In this document: in pieces, positions 37,924 through 52,853 of the stretch
How positions within the stretch are numbered: the first letter of the stretch is position 1
Layout: the number at the start of each line of letters is the position of its first letter
NCBI GenBank assembly: GCA_020536535.1
Contig: JAHLWZ010000820.1
Coordinates: 49,106-113,105 of the forward strand
From: Pelomyxa schiedti
Lineage: Eukaryota > Protista > Evosea
DNA length: 64,000 nt
Direction of reading: 5' to 3'
Program-made: the position numbers and the translations under genes
The notes under the pieces: generated by a model
Seen by the model: the letters and a program-made list of their open reading frames with translations, nothing else
What the model was told of the DNA's origin: nothing
Databases searched by the model: none

Positions 37924-40900
37924 ATGTGGTGGTCAGGGAAACGAGAGGTGGGTCTAACAGCAGCCATCGTAGAGAGAAACGTGCGTCAAGTAGCGGTGGC
38001 TCGAAACCGCAATGGCGGTGAATCGCTTGCATTTGCTTCACGAAACCACACGGCAATGGGGCAGTTGATAGGCGGCACGGGCGTAATTCTACGCCCGTCA
38101 AGAGGCGGCGAGCCGACGAGAGTGAGGCCCCCCAAGCCAGCCGTGCTTAACGCGAATGCCGTTTGTGTGGCTCTTACGTCGGACGGTGGATTGGTGGCAC
38201 ACGACGCAGGGAGGTCTCAGCCTTCCCTCCTGGTCAGTGAGCTATCTGAATGTATGCCTCATACACATTATTTGGCGAAGTATTGAGTCTCTTTCTTTTT
38301 TTCTTTAGTACCAAAGCCAAGAATCACACCAAGGTATGAAGCAGTGCATAGAGATGCTTTATCTATTACCGCATGTAAATTTATCCCAGGCCAGGATCAT
38401 TTTGCATTGGTTACAGCTTCAACTCCGGCTCCTTCTTCAGGGGCACAACCACGTGTAACCATTTGGGCATGTGACTCGGAGTCGTCACCTTTTACCCACT
38501 CTTCAACGTCAATAAATGTTCAACCTCTCTCACCAAAGCTGCCTCTCTCTTGTCCTGGCAACCCTTTTTCGCTTGACACAAGTGAAACAAAAGTAGCTGC
38601 AGCATGCGGTGCGGCGGGTATTGCTGTGTGGGATACACATAGGGGAGAAATGGTATTTTCAGCAGATGTTGCTAGTGCTGTGTGCTGTAACTTCTGCAAT
38701 AATGATTCTATGATTGCTGTATGCACAGAAAAGGATGTGTCTGTTTATGATTTAAGAATTGGGGATTCTTCAGGCACAAAATCCAGCCCTACGATGCCAA
38801 ATCCTATTCCAATTCCTTTGAGTACTTCTTCAGGTCTGACTACGACACCTACTACACCGTCAACTTCTTTCACTTCTTCAAATTCTGCTTCTTCCATGGA
38901 CGCAGCCGTGGCAATTGCAGAGGCAGCAACGCTTGATACACCGCCCATACTACCACACCCTTCACCAGTACTGTCGCACCCTTCACCAAGACTGCCATCT
39001 CCTTCACCAATTCTACCACCTCCTTCCCCTCAATCAATCCACGCAACCCCTCCAACGCCACACCTTCTATTGCCAACCCCACCTCCTCCAAAATCGCGAA
39101 CTCCAACACCGTCTCCACCACCCACCCCACCACTTCCTCCATATCCACAATCTCCTCCACCCCTTCCAAGCTTTGGCACTACATCCGTTGTTACCCCGTG
39201 GTCTCCAGCTAGAGTATCTCTGTTTCAACATAATCACCCATCAGCTCGCTGCACATGCTTTTGCTGCTCCTGCCTAGGAGATAGCCCCATCATACTTACA
39301 GGGTGCAGTTTAGGCATGGCGTTATTTGATATTAGGCGTGGTGACAGGTAACTCAAAATGCCTTGCATTTTTAACAGGTTTTCTAGACCCCACTATGTAT
39401 GTGATGCAATGCCATGTGTCCGTTGCAGTTCTGTAGCGGGAACAACAACAGTTATCTGTGGGCAGGAGCACATCAAGCGTTATCACACAAAGAGTATAAA
39501 CTCCTACAACAGTATCTTGAAAGATAACCAGCAAATCAGGTCTAATCTCCTTAGCTGATGTTCACCCTGATACAAGTCTTGAAAATGACCGTAGTAAGTT
39601 TTCTTGGATGTATAAGGATACCTCTAATTCCTTTAAGGGATTGTAAAGCAGTTTCGCCCCATACCAGTCAAGCTTCCCGACAAATGGGTACATCGAAGTT
39701 ATGATGTATACGTTCTACCCACAGAAATTCAAATACGAAATTCTGCTGATGAAGTTATTGACATTATCCATTTATCTGAACTGAACATGTCTGCAACCAG
39801 GTATTGAGGGTTCAGTGAGGTGCCAAGAGGCTCCATTAACAAAGAATAAAAAGGGAGCTCACACGCAACGGATTGGTGTTGGTCACTCACGCGGGTGCCA
39901 AGTTCTTCTTCGCCATAAATGAACCACTAGAGACACTGGAATTAATTTCTCGACTCGCTTCAGAAATTCCAAGCCTTGGCTTAGGTACATCACTCAAGGC
40001 GGATGATTTTGACTTAGAACCAACAGTAAGTTATTTTTTTTTTTTTTGATTCACAAGTAAATGGCACATAGCCAATTGGGGAAGGCTTTTATGGAAATGT
40101 GTATATTGGTAGGAAAAAGAGGTCCACAGATAACACGCAATATGCAATAAAAAGGTTGAAAAAACCTTTTGTTGCCATGAACCAAAAGGAGCAAGACGAA
40201 TTCATGAGAGAAGTTACAGCTTTGGCTTCTATACGCCACAAATTTGTGTTGAGCAGCCTTGGTTACTTTCAAAAAGAAGGCCACCTTTGTCTGGTTACAG
40301 AATTCATTCCTGGTGGAAATCTTACAAGATATCTGTATGATCCTCACCGCTATCCAATGAGTGACATTCAAGTGTATCGACTTGCTTACAATGTAAACCA
40401 AAAGCAGCCAACTGTGGTTTTTAATAAATGCAGGTTGCCTGTGGGATGGAATACATTCACAGTCAAAAACTAATGCACAGGTAACTTTCTACTCTCATGA
40501 CTATCAAACTCACAACTTTCCAATAGAGATCTCAAGGTAAAAACCCTCCTTTTCACTGTGTAATAATTGCAGTAGCCAGCAAATATTTTGGTCCAAGACT
40601 GGACACATGCCATAATTAAAATAGGTTTCTACCCTTCCACTCTACACTTTTTGAAATAAAAATAAAACAAAGCCGACTTTGGCCTTGCAAGATGCTCGGA
40701 CAGTCACCAGTTTACTGCAAGTGTTGGTACTCCAGCGTATGCCCAAAATCTTCATTTGCTCCCATACTAACTTAAGCAGTTACTCTGCACCTGAAATGGA
40801 TATGGGTGGTGACTACACACAGTCGGTGGATGTTTTTTCCTTTGGGCTTATCTTGTGGGAAATGATTGCAAGAATATTGCCATGGAGTGAATTTCACCAA

Positions 40901-41525
40901 GCAACTGTTCTACTTAAAAAAATTCAGTGTGCAAAGAGGGTCATGTAACATCCATTCTTACTTTAAAAGGGGAGAGAGGCCCACCCTACCTCCTGCACAC
41001 CCTGATATTTGCGACCTGGTTAAGAAATGTTGGGCGCACACACCCTCAGCAAGACCAACATTTGCGGAAGTGCTGAACATCATTTCAAGTTCCTTCATCC
41101 ATTCCAATTCCTTCATAACCAAATCACAGCACAGTGTCCACAGGCAACCTGTTTACTTGTTCCAACCAAAGGCCCAAACCTCGACCCAATATCACCTAGT
41201 GTGCTTGGTTCTCCTGAAAGAATGGCCGATACAAACTTCAGGTACATATCCTTAAGGAATAGGTTTTTTTTATCAATCCCAGCACTTAGCACTGCACCTG
41301 CACCTAAACCCGATGAATCCAAGCTGGTGTGCAAACAAACTCCCAATTGCCCTTTTAACTGCAGCTAGTTTGCAACTGACCCAAGGAAAAAGAAAAGTGA
41401 AATTTGTAGCCACTGCAAGGCTGCCCTGCTGCCAAATGCCACGGCAAGTACCCAACGAGAAATGTTCGTTTTTTTTTTTTGACAAACCATAGATGTGCCT
41501 TACCTGCGGTCAATCTTGTTCATGA
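37924..41525 (+). CDS. WD40-like + PH-like + TKL protein kinase + zinc ribbon (paralog 2)
   Basis: Same layout. Kinase: GEGFYGNV, YAIKRL, HRDLKPANIL, DFG, YSAPE, DVFSFGLILWEM, RPTF. C-terminal CSHC...CLTCG. Confidence 0.88.
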
Positions 41526-41649
41526 CACGAGAGTGCTAATTATCTAACTGGAAAAGAAGTGTAGGAGTATTACAAGAAGTTTTGCTTGAGAGCATCACCT
41601 CAAAAAAAAAAAAAAAAAGACAATTTTACAAGAGCTTTTATTATTCCAA

Positions 41650-42734
<1,085 letters not shown>

Positions 42735-43026
42735 CACCGCTTGGACTTTTTTTTTTTTATTTTTTTGTGTGTAAGTTTCTTGTGATTTCCTTTGGGAGGA
42801 AAAGTGGCCCCAACTGTGACAATTGGCTTTTTAGAAAAACAGAGTTCTACCGGTTCTTTTCTATTGGTGCCGGGGACGGGGGATCGGCGTCAACAAGTGA
42901 CATGTTAAATATGAGAAAATTAAGCGCAGGGGCTTCATAAAAAGCAAAAAAACCTACGTTGGTGAGAGGGAGATTTGTGCTTGTGTTGCGTAGATCCCTC
43001 ACGTGAGTCCTCAACAACTACAAACT

Positions 43027-43744
43027 ATGTTAAAGGTGTGTGTTAGCTGTACTTTGGTCGGCACTGATGGTTGTCTCGCGTCCCGTTGACTTGCTTTTCT
43101 TTCTTTCGGGATTTTGTACATCTTGTTTGTTTAGGTCAGATACAACGGGACTTCTTTTCTCTTTGGAGGCGAGCGGTACGACCCCTTCGAATAAGCGTTA
43201 TCTTGACTCCCTTCTCACCTAAAAATACAAGAATTCAGGTTTAATCACGGCTACATTGTGGTGAAAATCAATGTGTCTCCTATTGGATGGAACCACGAAG
43301 TTGGACTGGTCTGCACAACTGACTCGTGGGTGACAGGTTGTCTAACAACCGTGTGCTAGTCTAACACAATACTTAGTCCACCACTGTTATGCGTACTGGG
43401 TACATAATGATGACACTGGAGAAGAAAATTGGGAAGTTGCACTGTGCCTAAACCGAAGCAGTTTTTCTTCAGCCACTCACATACAAGTTCTTATTCTCGT
43501 TCCTTATTCTATTTGGAAACTGTGCCAATAGATAAAATTTGCTATCTATGCCAAAGACACCTTCAGGAACACGACTTCCTGGGATAACAACGATATGCTC
43601 AACTATGAGGTCAACATTGCTGAATTGTGGGAAACCCCTGCACAAAAGACAGAGCCATTCACCGAGGGACGTATAGCTTGTGCTTTTTCCCTTGACCCCC
43701 TTGTATCCAACCAAGAAAACATTGGAACAGCAAGATTCTTTTAG
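43027..43744 (+). CDS. Small CBM21-like (glycogen/starch-binding) protein, multi-exon, start uncertain
   Basis: Spliced GYIVVKINV...EVGLVCTTDSW...ENWEV...IKFAIYA....SWDNNDMLNY, matching the CBM21 pattern FAI...WDNN...NY. Absent from the ORF track. Confidence 0.6.
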
Positions 43745-43894
43745 TGTGTTGTGCTTTTTCTCCTTTGATCTGTTTTTTTGTACCAACACGAAACCGGGAA
43801 CAAAGAAAGGTTTTTTTTTACAAACTTTTCCTTTTCTTAAAGTGTAGAATACAATGAGGCAAAAAGGAAAAAAAAGACAAAATCAGCATCATAA

Positions 43895-44678
43895 CTAGCT
43901 AGAAAGAGATACTTCCCACAAGATAACTTGTGAATGCCCTCGCTCATTTCCAAGACGTCTTAGTTTCAGGAATCCAGTTGGTGAAACATGAGACTCTGTA
44001 TACTCACTGGGAAACCTGTGGGTGCAGTTGTTAGAGATGGTTGTATGTATTTACCATAAGTACTTACTTTCCAAATGGGTGGTTCCAACAGACCATGAAG
44101 TTGCATTTCATAGGAGTTTCAGTGGCAGAGAGCTGCATAAACGCAGAGCCTTTGGCACCTTTCATAACTGTACTACTAGTCAGTACACAACGGTAGGTGT
44201 GGGGACGGAATACATTTTTGCCGGCACTGCCAGAAAAGGGCATCGCCGTATGCTGCCGGTGGAAGTGCCTCTGGATTCTGAGGTCCATTGTATATTATGC
44301 CGGTCTACACAACAAAAAAACGTGCATTGTATGAGTTTGTTGTTTTATTTTGTGTTCTGTTCGCCGACAAGAAGGAAAATGCGTGTGGGCGAACGTAAAA
44401 CTGCTACCCACTCACACTACCTGCAAAATCAAGCTTATTACAGTCATTTCGTAGCCGGGGCAGTTGTTCTTCACAATCAAAGTAACAGGCCTTCTGATTC
44501 CCACGGCCTTGTCAATTACAGACGCCAGGCGCAACCGAGTTTCTGGGGGAAGAGTCTCGACGGTGGCCGAGACAGCGCTGTCAACCACAGAGTCATCTGG
44601 CTCCTGTTGTGATGCAGTCATTGATGACGAAGTAATCGCCACAATGGACGACGTTGGCGACGTTGGCGCCGTTGCCAT
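43895..44678 (-). CDS. Aegerolysin/actinoporin-like beta-sandwich protein (4 exons)
   Basis: Spliced VTLIVKNN...LILQTG...PEALPP...LFWQ...KGAKGSAFMQ...FMVCWNHPFG...GHSQVILWEV. Pattern resemblance only. Confidence 0.5.
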
Positions 44679-45164
44679 CACTCCTCAGTCAATTCAGGGG
44701 TTGTTTCTTTCTTTTTTTTTTTGTTTCAGTCTGGCAATCTTTTTTGGTTCTTCAAAGACCCAACTGTGTGGGACCAAGGACCATGGTGTCCCCAGAGGAG
44801 CAAAAAGAAAAAAAAAAAACAGCTTTGGGGGATTAGCAGTGTAATTACTTGTGGATTGCACTGTTGGTTGAATGTGACCACTGGTGTGAGTTGTTACTGC
44901 CGTGCCAGTGTTATGCCTGTGGAGCAAATTCACATCATTAATGACCCCCCACGACTCGACAGGACCTTTTCGAAAAAACCATGTACTGGCACTGAAAAAA
45001 AAGTCCCATAATCCGAGAATAGTGTTCCTGGTTGCAGGCTTTATTCCTCGGAGATCTGCACTCTGAGCTGATGAAATTGTGCAATAAAATTTTAATTAAC
45101 CGTGAAATCACTTTCTTTGACTGAATTTTTTGCCTTTACAAAAACCAAAAGAAACTGTACGGGC

Positions 45165-46405
45165 ATGGCGGCCAACAACAAACTCGTTAGATTCCAAGAG
45201 CTCTCTCGTCTATGTTACAAAGACCAAGCCATTTGGTTTTTGGTACCTTTTCCTTTTGTTATTATTGCTATCGGTTTCCTTTTCAATCCACCAACGTGCC
45301 TGACACACCTGTGTGTAGAACGGGTTTTGGGGAGACCCTATCGACCCAACTATTGCCGAGAAAGTGTGGAACTTCGTGGACAAATTTGTACAACTCGACT
45401 CGAAGACTCCCGAAGGGAAAGGCGCAGCAGGAAATGAGCTCGATCAGGTTTGTAACTTTGGTCACATCTCTACAGAATAATTAAAGTTAATAACTGCTGC
45501 AGTTCTGGTCTGCAAAGTTCCTTGAGGAGAACAACCAAACAATGAGGTTTTCCCATTTTGAGATAGTCCCTTTCTTTATCATTGTTGTTGTACAGTGCAC
45601 TGGCTCGAAAGGAAGCATTCCGTCAAATAGATGTTGATTCCAATGGAAAAATGTCATGCCTGGAGTATTGTGCTTGGCTCTATAAGAAAAATATGGATCA
45701 AATCGTGGATGCCCCACAAGGAACCTGTCCTGAACTGGAGGATGCACGCCGCGCTTTAGCCAAGGTACAACAGGCTCTCACTGAGACGAAGAAACTAGCA
45801 GATGAACTGACAACGGCTGTTGCCGAGGTAATGGTGCCTATTCAAACTATCCTACTCTGACCCTTTGCCTAGCTCAAAAAGCAAGAAGATGACTATAATC
45901 TCCGCGTGAAGACACTAGAAGACAAGGTCAATAGTCCAACTGCCACCACTGTCCAGAAGAGTAAAGCCGCTGCCGAATTGGCTGCTTTAAAGGTGTGCTG
46001 TTTTAACATTCATTGAGTTTATTCTGAACTTCTTACTTATAGGGTGAAGACCCTCTTCCTCTGAGGTATGGGTCCTAGCAATCCAAGTCTTCACCTTAAT
46101 AAACAAAAGGAAAGCCAAGATCACACAGGAAGCGGCACTTAGAAAATGCCAGAAACAAGAAGACAAGCTAGCCCAGGAAATGACAGCTGCACAAGCTTCA
46201 GTTGAAGCAGCCAAAGGAAGGGGAGGTGGTGCAGCCCCTGGCCTTCTTTGGTGGATGGTATCTTCCAGCCCAGGTTTTTTCTATTCACTAAACCAATAAA
46301 TTCCAGCAACGTGAGCTGTTTGCTTCTGACCGCTATCTTCCCAAAGCCAAGCAAAAATTCGACCACACCAGACCTTTCATCTATGACCCCACTAGCAGGA
46401 CCTAA
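45165..46405 (+). CDS. Calcium-regulated actin-bundling protein (Dictyostelium ABP34/abpB family)
   Basis: QAIWFLNGFW, GNELD, ALARKEAFRQIDVDSNGKMSCLEY (EF-hand), PELEDARRAL, ITQEAALR, GLLWWMQRE. Confidence 0.85.
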
Positions 46406-46492
46406 AAGTCCCTTATTCTGTTATTCAATTTCAAAAAACAAAAACTTTTACCAGAACTGATCTTTGCATCAAATTCCAGTAATTCGTCCAAA

Positions 46493-49400
46493 ATGGACGC
46501 CGAAGCCAACAACCGGAAGAGACGAACAACCAACAACGAGGGCCAAGCCTATAACTTCAAGGCATCACCGCAACAACCACAGCGTGCAGGTGCCTCGTCG
46601 TCATCGACCCAGCAACAGCAGGCACCCGCGTCCCATAAGTCCGGTGGCGGCGGACCCCACCACTCCCCGCCACCGTCCACTGCTTCTTCGGCGTCGTCGC
46701 AGTCGCCGGCACAGGCACAAGCACACGCGCATGCACAACAGCAGGCGCAGGTACCCTCGGCTGGTGCCAGGCAGAAAAGGGAATTGTGGGTGATACAACG
46801 GAGGAGCCACGGGAACGGCGCGGTGAATTTTGCGTGGCACCCCGACGGAAATTGGGTGGCGACCGTGGGAATAAACAACGTAGTGAACTTATGGGACAGG
46901 ACTGGTGCTGAAGCATCCTCTGTTGCTCTAAACACGTTGAGTTTTGTGAATTTTTTGGACTTGGTTATGGAATTTGCTCTAGTAACTTTCTTGTGAAACC
47001 CCAATCACTAAAAGCTTTTGCTTTTCTGTAGGCCGTGTTTGGGGATGGACTGGGATACCGAAGGAGAAATTCTGGCCATTTTGAGTGAGGGGTCATCAAG
47101 TGTGACATTTTGGGATTCTCACACACGAAAGTCTACATCAATGGAATGTGGCCTGAAAGAGAATTTGTGTTGCTTGAAGTGGACAGTTGAGGGAAAGCAG
47201 GTATGAGTCCTTCATTTCACATAGGTGCTCAGCTAACAATTGGTTAACTGCAGCTGGCTATTTGTTCTGATAGAGGCTCCCTTGTTCTTTACAACAAGCG
47301 TAATGAAAAGAAGATCACCCTTCAAGGCAAACACAGTAGTAAGATAATTGATGTAGCCTGGAGCAAAGATAACTTTCTTGCACTATCGAGTGAAGATAAG
47401 CAGGCATGAAAACTCTTTCAGAGCTAATGATCTTCAATTTACATTAACATTTATGTAGATATCTGTAAGTGATGGAAGTGGAGTCACAATAGGAAGTTTT
47501 GATTTAAAGAGTACACCAAGAAACCTCCAGGTAGCTTTTAAAGCCGTACTACTGTACTTAACTTTTTACACAAGTGGTCTAGAATTAAAACAGATGTTGC
47601 ACCTCTGCACAAACAGAATGTTGTCTCTTTTATTGCTGGAACGAAAACTCTGTATCTATACAACATTGAACCACCAGGTAGGTTTTTGTTCACACCACAT
47701 TACTCACTAAAATGGGGGAAAAAGCCAGTCTTGTGGATATAGCCTTTCAACCAAAATACGGCAATATAGTGAAGCATGTCTGCTATGGAGATGGCTATAT
47801 AATGGTTGGGTTCAGTTTAGGATTTTTTGTAGCAATTTCAACCAGTATGTGCTTTCACAGAAAGGAGTCAGATTCTGAGATTCAAAACAGATATGTCTGA
47901 GATTGGCCACGAGCTATTTTCTGTTGAAATGTTTCACTCAGATGTGATGGATGTTTCATATAATGAGTCCTTGAGACGTGTAGCTGTGTGTGGTGAGGAT
48001 AAAGTCAGAATCCTGGACACAAAGACATGGAAGGTAGCATTCCCTTTATCAGAATAGGTGGGATAAGATATATATGGGACGAAGATAAATATCGAATGCC
48101 TGAAACGATTCTGTAGGCCACTTCTGATGGTATAACTATAAATAAAGATCGTGGTGCTCCATTACGCATTGATTGGACTTGTGATGGTCAAATGCTTGGT
48201 GTTAGCACTGCAGGGGGCTACTTCTCTACTTTACTAACAAAGCCTCCTTTGCTGCACGCTTCGTATAACTCCAAATGTGCTTACCTAAGTTCACTACGAA
48301 CTATCACTGTCTTGGATGTTGTTGCGAGATGTGCGCAAGTTGAAATTGAACTTCCAATAGAACCTACTTTCCTTGCAGTAGGACCAAAATTTGTAATTTT
48401 TCCATTGTCAGTTTTATTTGAGGTTCATAGACCTTATCAGGTTGTAGCTGGAATGAATAACCAGGCGTTATACTATCCAATAGATCCACCGTCTTCTAAA
48501 CCTATTAATGACACTACTTATATGGGAATAATTGATTGTGTTTTTTTGAATACAAGGTAAAATCAAGTCGCCTCCCAACCTAACCCTACCTGATTTTATT
48601 TGAAGGTGGGCAGCTCTCATGTTTGAAGGGAAAGTCATGCTTCATCTTGTTGACAAAAGTGATAAAGCTGGTAGGTAACAACTTCGGAAAAATCGTAGCT
48701 TAATTGATATTCTCCAATCGGTCCAAGAGAATGAAATTCTTTCAAAGCAGTTTCCTGAAAAAGAGGACAGTTCCACCAAAATCTCCTGCATTTCACTGAA
48801 TGAAAATTTTCTCATCTATGGCACTTCCACTGGTTTCATTGTTCTATTTCATTTACAGGAGTGGGCAGTTGTGAGCAAGTAAGTACATTAACATATTCTA
48901 GAATCAATTTATCATGTAATAGGTTTAAATTACCTGATGTTGGAATTAAGCAAGTTGTTGGAAATGCACAAGGAACACGGATTGCTATTATTGATACCGC
49001 CAATAAGGGATCTCTCTACAATCCTGTTAACGACTTCATACTGTCTTTTCCTGATTGGTCAGGTTGTTATACATACTAAAGCAACTCAGATGTCTTCAAT
49101 CAATTCCTTACCCAGACACAGAAGAGACATACAACATCCTCTGGGACATTACCGATCCCTATGTTCTCGTCACTAGTGACAAGGACAAGTTCTATACGTA
49201 CACATATCTACCGGTTTCCATTTCAGGACCCCAGGTACCTTGGAGTCCTTGAATGTAAATAACACCCACATCAGCTTAACCGAGTATCTATTACCCAGAG
49301 GTCTCCAGCCTTGAAACCAATTCTAGGAAATAATGGAGTCTTACTTTGCCAGGTACCTGAAAGTTAAGAGATTGACTAATTACAATATCTAAACAAAAGG

Positions 49401-52400
49401 ATCTGACAACTAGTGTCCTTAACAATGTTTTTCTTGCTTCGCATGGTAGTGGTGCACCTCAAGATAAGAGGACTCAATTTGCCCAATCATTGAGACTGAA
49501 CCATTTGAATGGTGGGTTCTGCATCACGTAATTTGTTTTTTACACCTCCACAGAAGGATGGAACCTAGCTAAGCAGATCAACACCGAGGACTGCTTTAGG
49601 AAGCTTGGCATTGACGCCTTGCGTCAGTTGGATATACCACTTGCAATCAAAGCTTGTATCATTTTATGTGAAGCCTTGTTCAAGTTCCTTTGGTGTTTTA
49701 CTTTAACTGTTTTGGAGATAGACACCTTGGGGATGCAGGGATGGTTATGACACTGGAAAAAATTGAGTATGCCGAAGAAACACAGCTTCTTGCAGGGCAT
49801 GTGGAACTCCTTTTTGGGCACTACAACGAAGCCCAGGCATTTTTACAACAGAATTTCCCTCGAGTAATATCAAGCAGAAGTTATTTTTGGCATCATCCCA
49901 GCCAATTTTGGCTCTGCAGATGCGCCGTGATTTACTGCACTGGGATCAAGCCTTATCTTTAGCCAAAGCACTTGCACCAGATCTCCTTCCTGTAATATCA
50001 ATTGAGTATGCGAACCAACTGGAATTCAAAGGTGCATCTCTATATTACAAAACTAGATAGATGACACGAAGAAGGTGAGTACAAGGCAGCCCTGGAAATG
50101 TACAAAGAAGGTGCAAATGGGTTGAGTGCTGATTCTGATCAAGCTCTCAAGTGCAAAGGAGGAATAGTACGGATGAGCCTACGAGTAGGTGATATAGTCC
50201 AAGGAACTGGTACTTCATTCTTTGTTTTCATGTTGCACTTATGCCGTAAGCTTTGGCAATTAAGCTTGGGAATCCTCAATTACTAAGAGAGAGTGCTCAA
50301 ATTCTAGAATCGATGAACCAATTTCAAGAAGCAGCCCAACTCTATCACCATGGTGGCCTTCATGATAAGGCGGCATCTATTTTCTTGAAATGTACTGCAA
50401 TATCTACAACTTCCTTCTGACTTAAATACTCCAGCTAAGAACTATGGCCCACTAAAAGAAATAATGGCTAGTGTGACCTCTCCTGCGCTTCACAGTCTCT
50501 ATGCAAAAGCTAAGGAAGGTGCTTGTCTGTTGGGTTTTTATGCAATTTGTAACCCAAGTAAATAGAACAAGGAGACATTGCCGAAGCTGAACGTGCCTAC
50601 ACCCGGGCACAAGATTTTGATAACGTGATACGCATCATTCTGAAATCCACAACAACGCCCGAAAGGGTACCCTTTCAACTCACATGCTATGCAACTCTCT
50701 TATTTGCTTAGGCTTTTGCTATTGTACGGAAGACAGGCTCTCAATCTGGCGCAAAACTGGCTGCCGAGTTCTGCAAGGACCATGACGGTTGAATTGTCCT
50801 CGTCCCCTCTGCTTTTTTAATCAGGAAACTGCAGATTTCCGTTCAGCAATTGAGTTTTTGTATCGAGCTCACTTAGATGATGAAGCTTTCACCATGGCTC
50901 AGGTGCCCAAACCTCCTCCGTCTTTCTGTAATTCCAATAAAATTTTCAGCAACACTCTCATGTGGATGTATATGCTGACGTAATAGGGGAATCTGGAACC
51001 ACCGAACAATGTATGCAATAGTTTTTATCTCCCATAACCAAATTTCCTGCAGATACAAAGATTGCTGCTTTTTTTGAAGCACATGGAGACTTTCAGGCTG
51101 CAGGAAATTTCTATGCCTTATGTGGGCAATACCCTAAGGCTCTTGATTTATTCATACGTTGTGGGTCAAGCGCTATTCTTTCCGCTATTCGGATGGTATG
51201 CACCTTTTTATTTTTATTTTTTCACTGAATGTATGAAGGTGGGAAAAGCGAGAGACAATAACCTCACCAGTACATTACAAGGCTATCTTCTTGGTACCGC
51301 AGATGGTGTCCCCAAAGTACTATTCATGTCTCCTTCTTAAATAACACTTCTTTTAAGGATCCTAATAACATTTTCCGCTTGTTTATGGCCCTTGGTGAAC
51401 ATTTGCAAGCAGCTAGGACAGCTATTATCATTGCACGGCAAGAACAACTTGTAGGTCGGTAAGCACTCAATGCCATGATTTTGCCTCATTGCCGCCAAGG
51501 AAATTATACCACGGCCCATAAAGTTATCCTGGAAACTTTCAGGATACTTGTAGCAAATAAAATCAAGGTCCTTCCTGATCTGAGGAGAACTTTATGCTTG
51601 CTACATAGTTATCTTCTTGCAAAGGTTTAGTACCTTCATTCCCTTTTTCCATCTTATGGAAAACAGACTCTGATTTCCAGGAAGTTTCATGAAGCTGGGG
51701 CAAGAATGCTAGTCCGTGTTGCCCGGAATATTAGCAAATTCCCTACCTGTATGAACTTGTCGACTCATCAATACATCAAACCGTTGTAGATACTGTTCAA
51801 ATTCTTGTTAGTACCGTTCTGGAGTGCCAGATAGCCGGAATGAACAAGACAGCGTTCGAGTTCGCGTCTATTCTTGTTTCTGAATACCGAGAACACATAC
51901 CTCAGAAGTACAAACTCAAAATAGAAGGGATAGTGCGGTAGTTTGCACAACGATTTAGGTTTTCTTCTTATGAATCCACAGGAAAATGGATAAAACCGAA
52001 AGTCCTGAGAAGACCACTCCTTGCCCAAATTGTAATACTCCCCTTTTCCGTACGGAATTAGATTGCCCGAACTGCAAAAGCTTTCTCCCTTTCTGTATTG
52101 TTACAGTGCGAAGAAGCATTTTATAGTTAGCGCTAACTCTCAAAAAGGGGCGTCACATGGTTATTGACGATTGGACGAACTGCCCTTTCTGCGAATTTCC
52201 CGCCCTTTTCAAACATTTCACCACACACGCCGCAGCAGGACTTCCTTGTCCTATGTGCGATAAGCAAATTGACCCCAACACACTTATCCAGAACCCAAAT
52301 CCCATGCCACTCCTCAAGCGTGACATCGAGTCTGTTGACATCAACTCGCTCCAGCCGTCTGATGAACAATCATTTCCCTTGGCACCACAAATAATAGCCG

Positions 52401-52819
52401 CGGCTGCCGCCGCCGCATCTTCTGCAGCACAAAAAAAAGCCACGCAACGAAATTCAGAGCCACCATCGCAACCACATACAGAACCACAGTCCCAATCTCA
52501 ATCTCAATCCCCATCACAATCACAACCACAGTCACAATCGCAAAGTCAATCACCACAAACACAAACACCAACACAACAACAGCGAATACCACAACAGCAT
52601 AATGTAGGAAAACCAACACAAGCACACAGTTCACCTTCATCAAGGATGGGGGCTGTTGCCAAGACCCTCTCCACAAGACCAGTAGCTAGAACTTTGACCT
52701 CAAAGACTAACCCTCCTTTAATCCCCATTTCACGAAACACAAACACAACAAACCAAAACCAAAATTCAAATGCAAATACAAGTACATACCCACAACAGCC
52801 TGAGGAAGGCCAAAGTTAA
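46493..52819 (+). CDS. WDR19: WD repeat-containing protein 19 / IFT144 (IFT-A), many exons
   Basis: [84 protein letters not shown]...LPFCIVTGRHMV.DDW..CP.C.FPA. Confidence 0.95.
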
Positions 52820-52853
52820 AGAGAAAAAGAGTTTTATGTTCATTTACCTTCTA

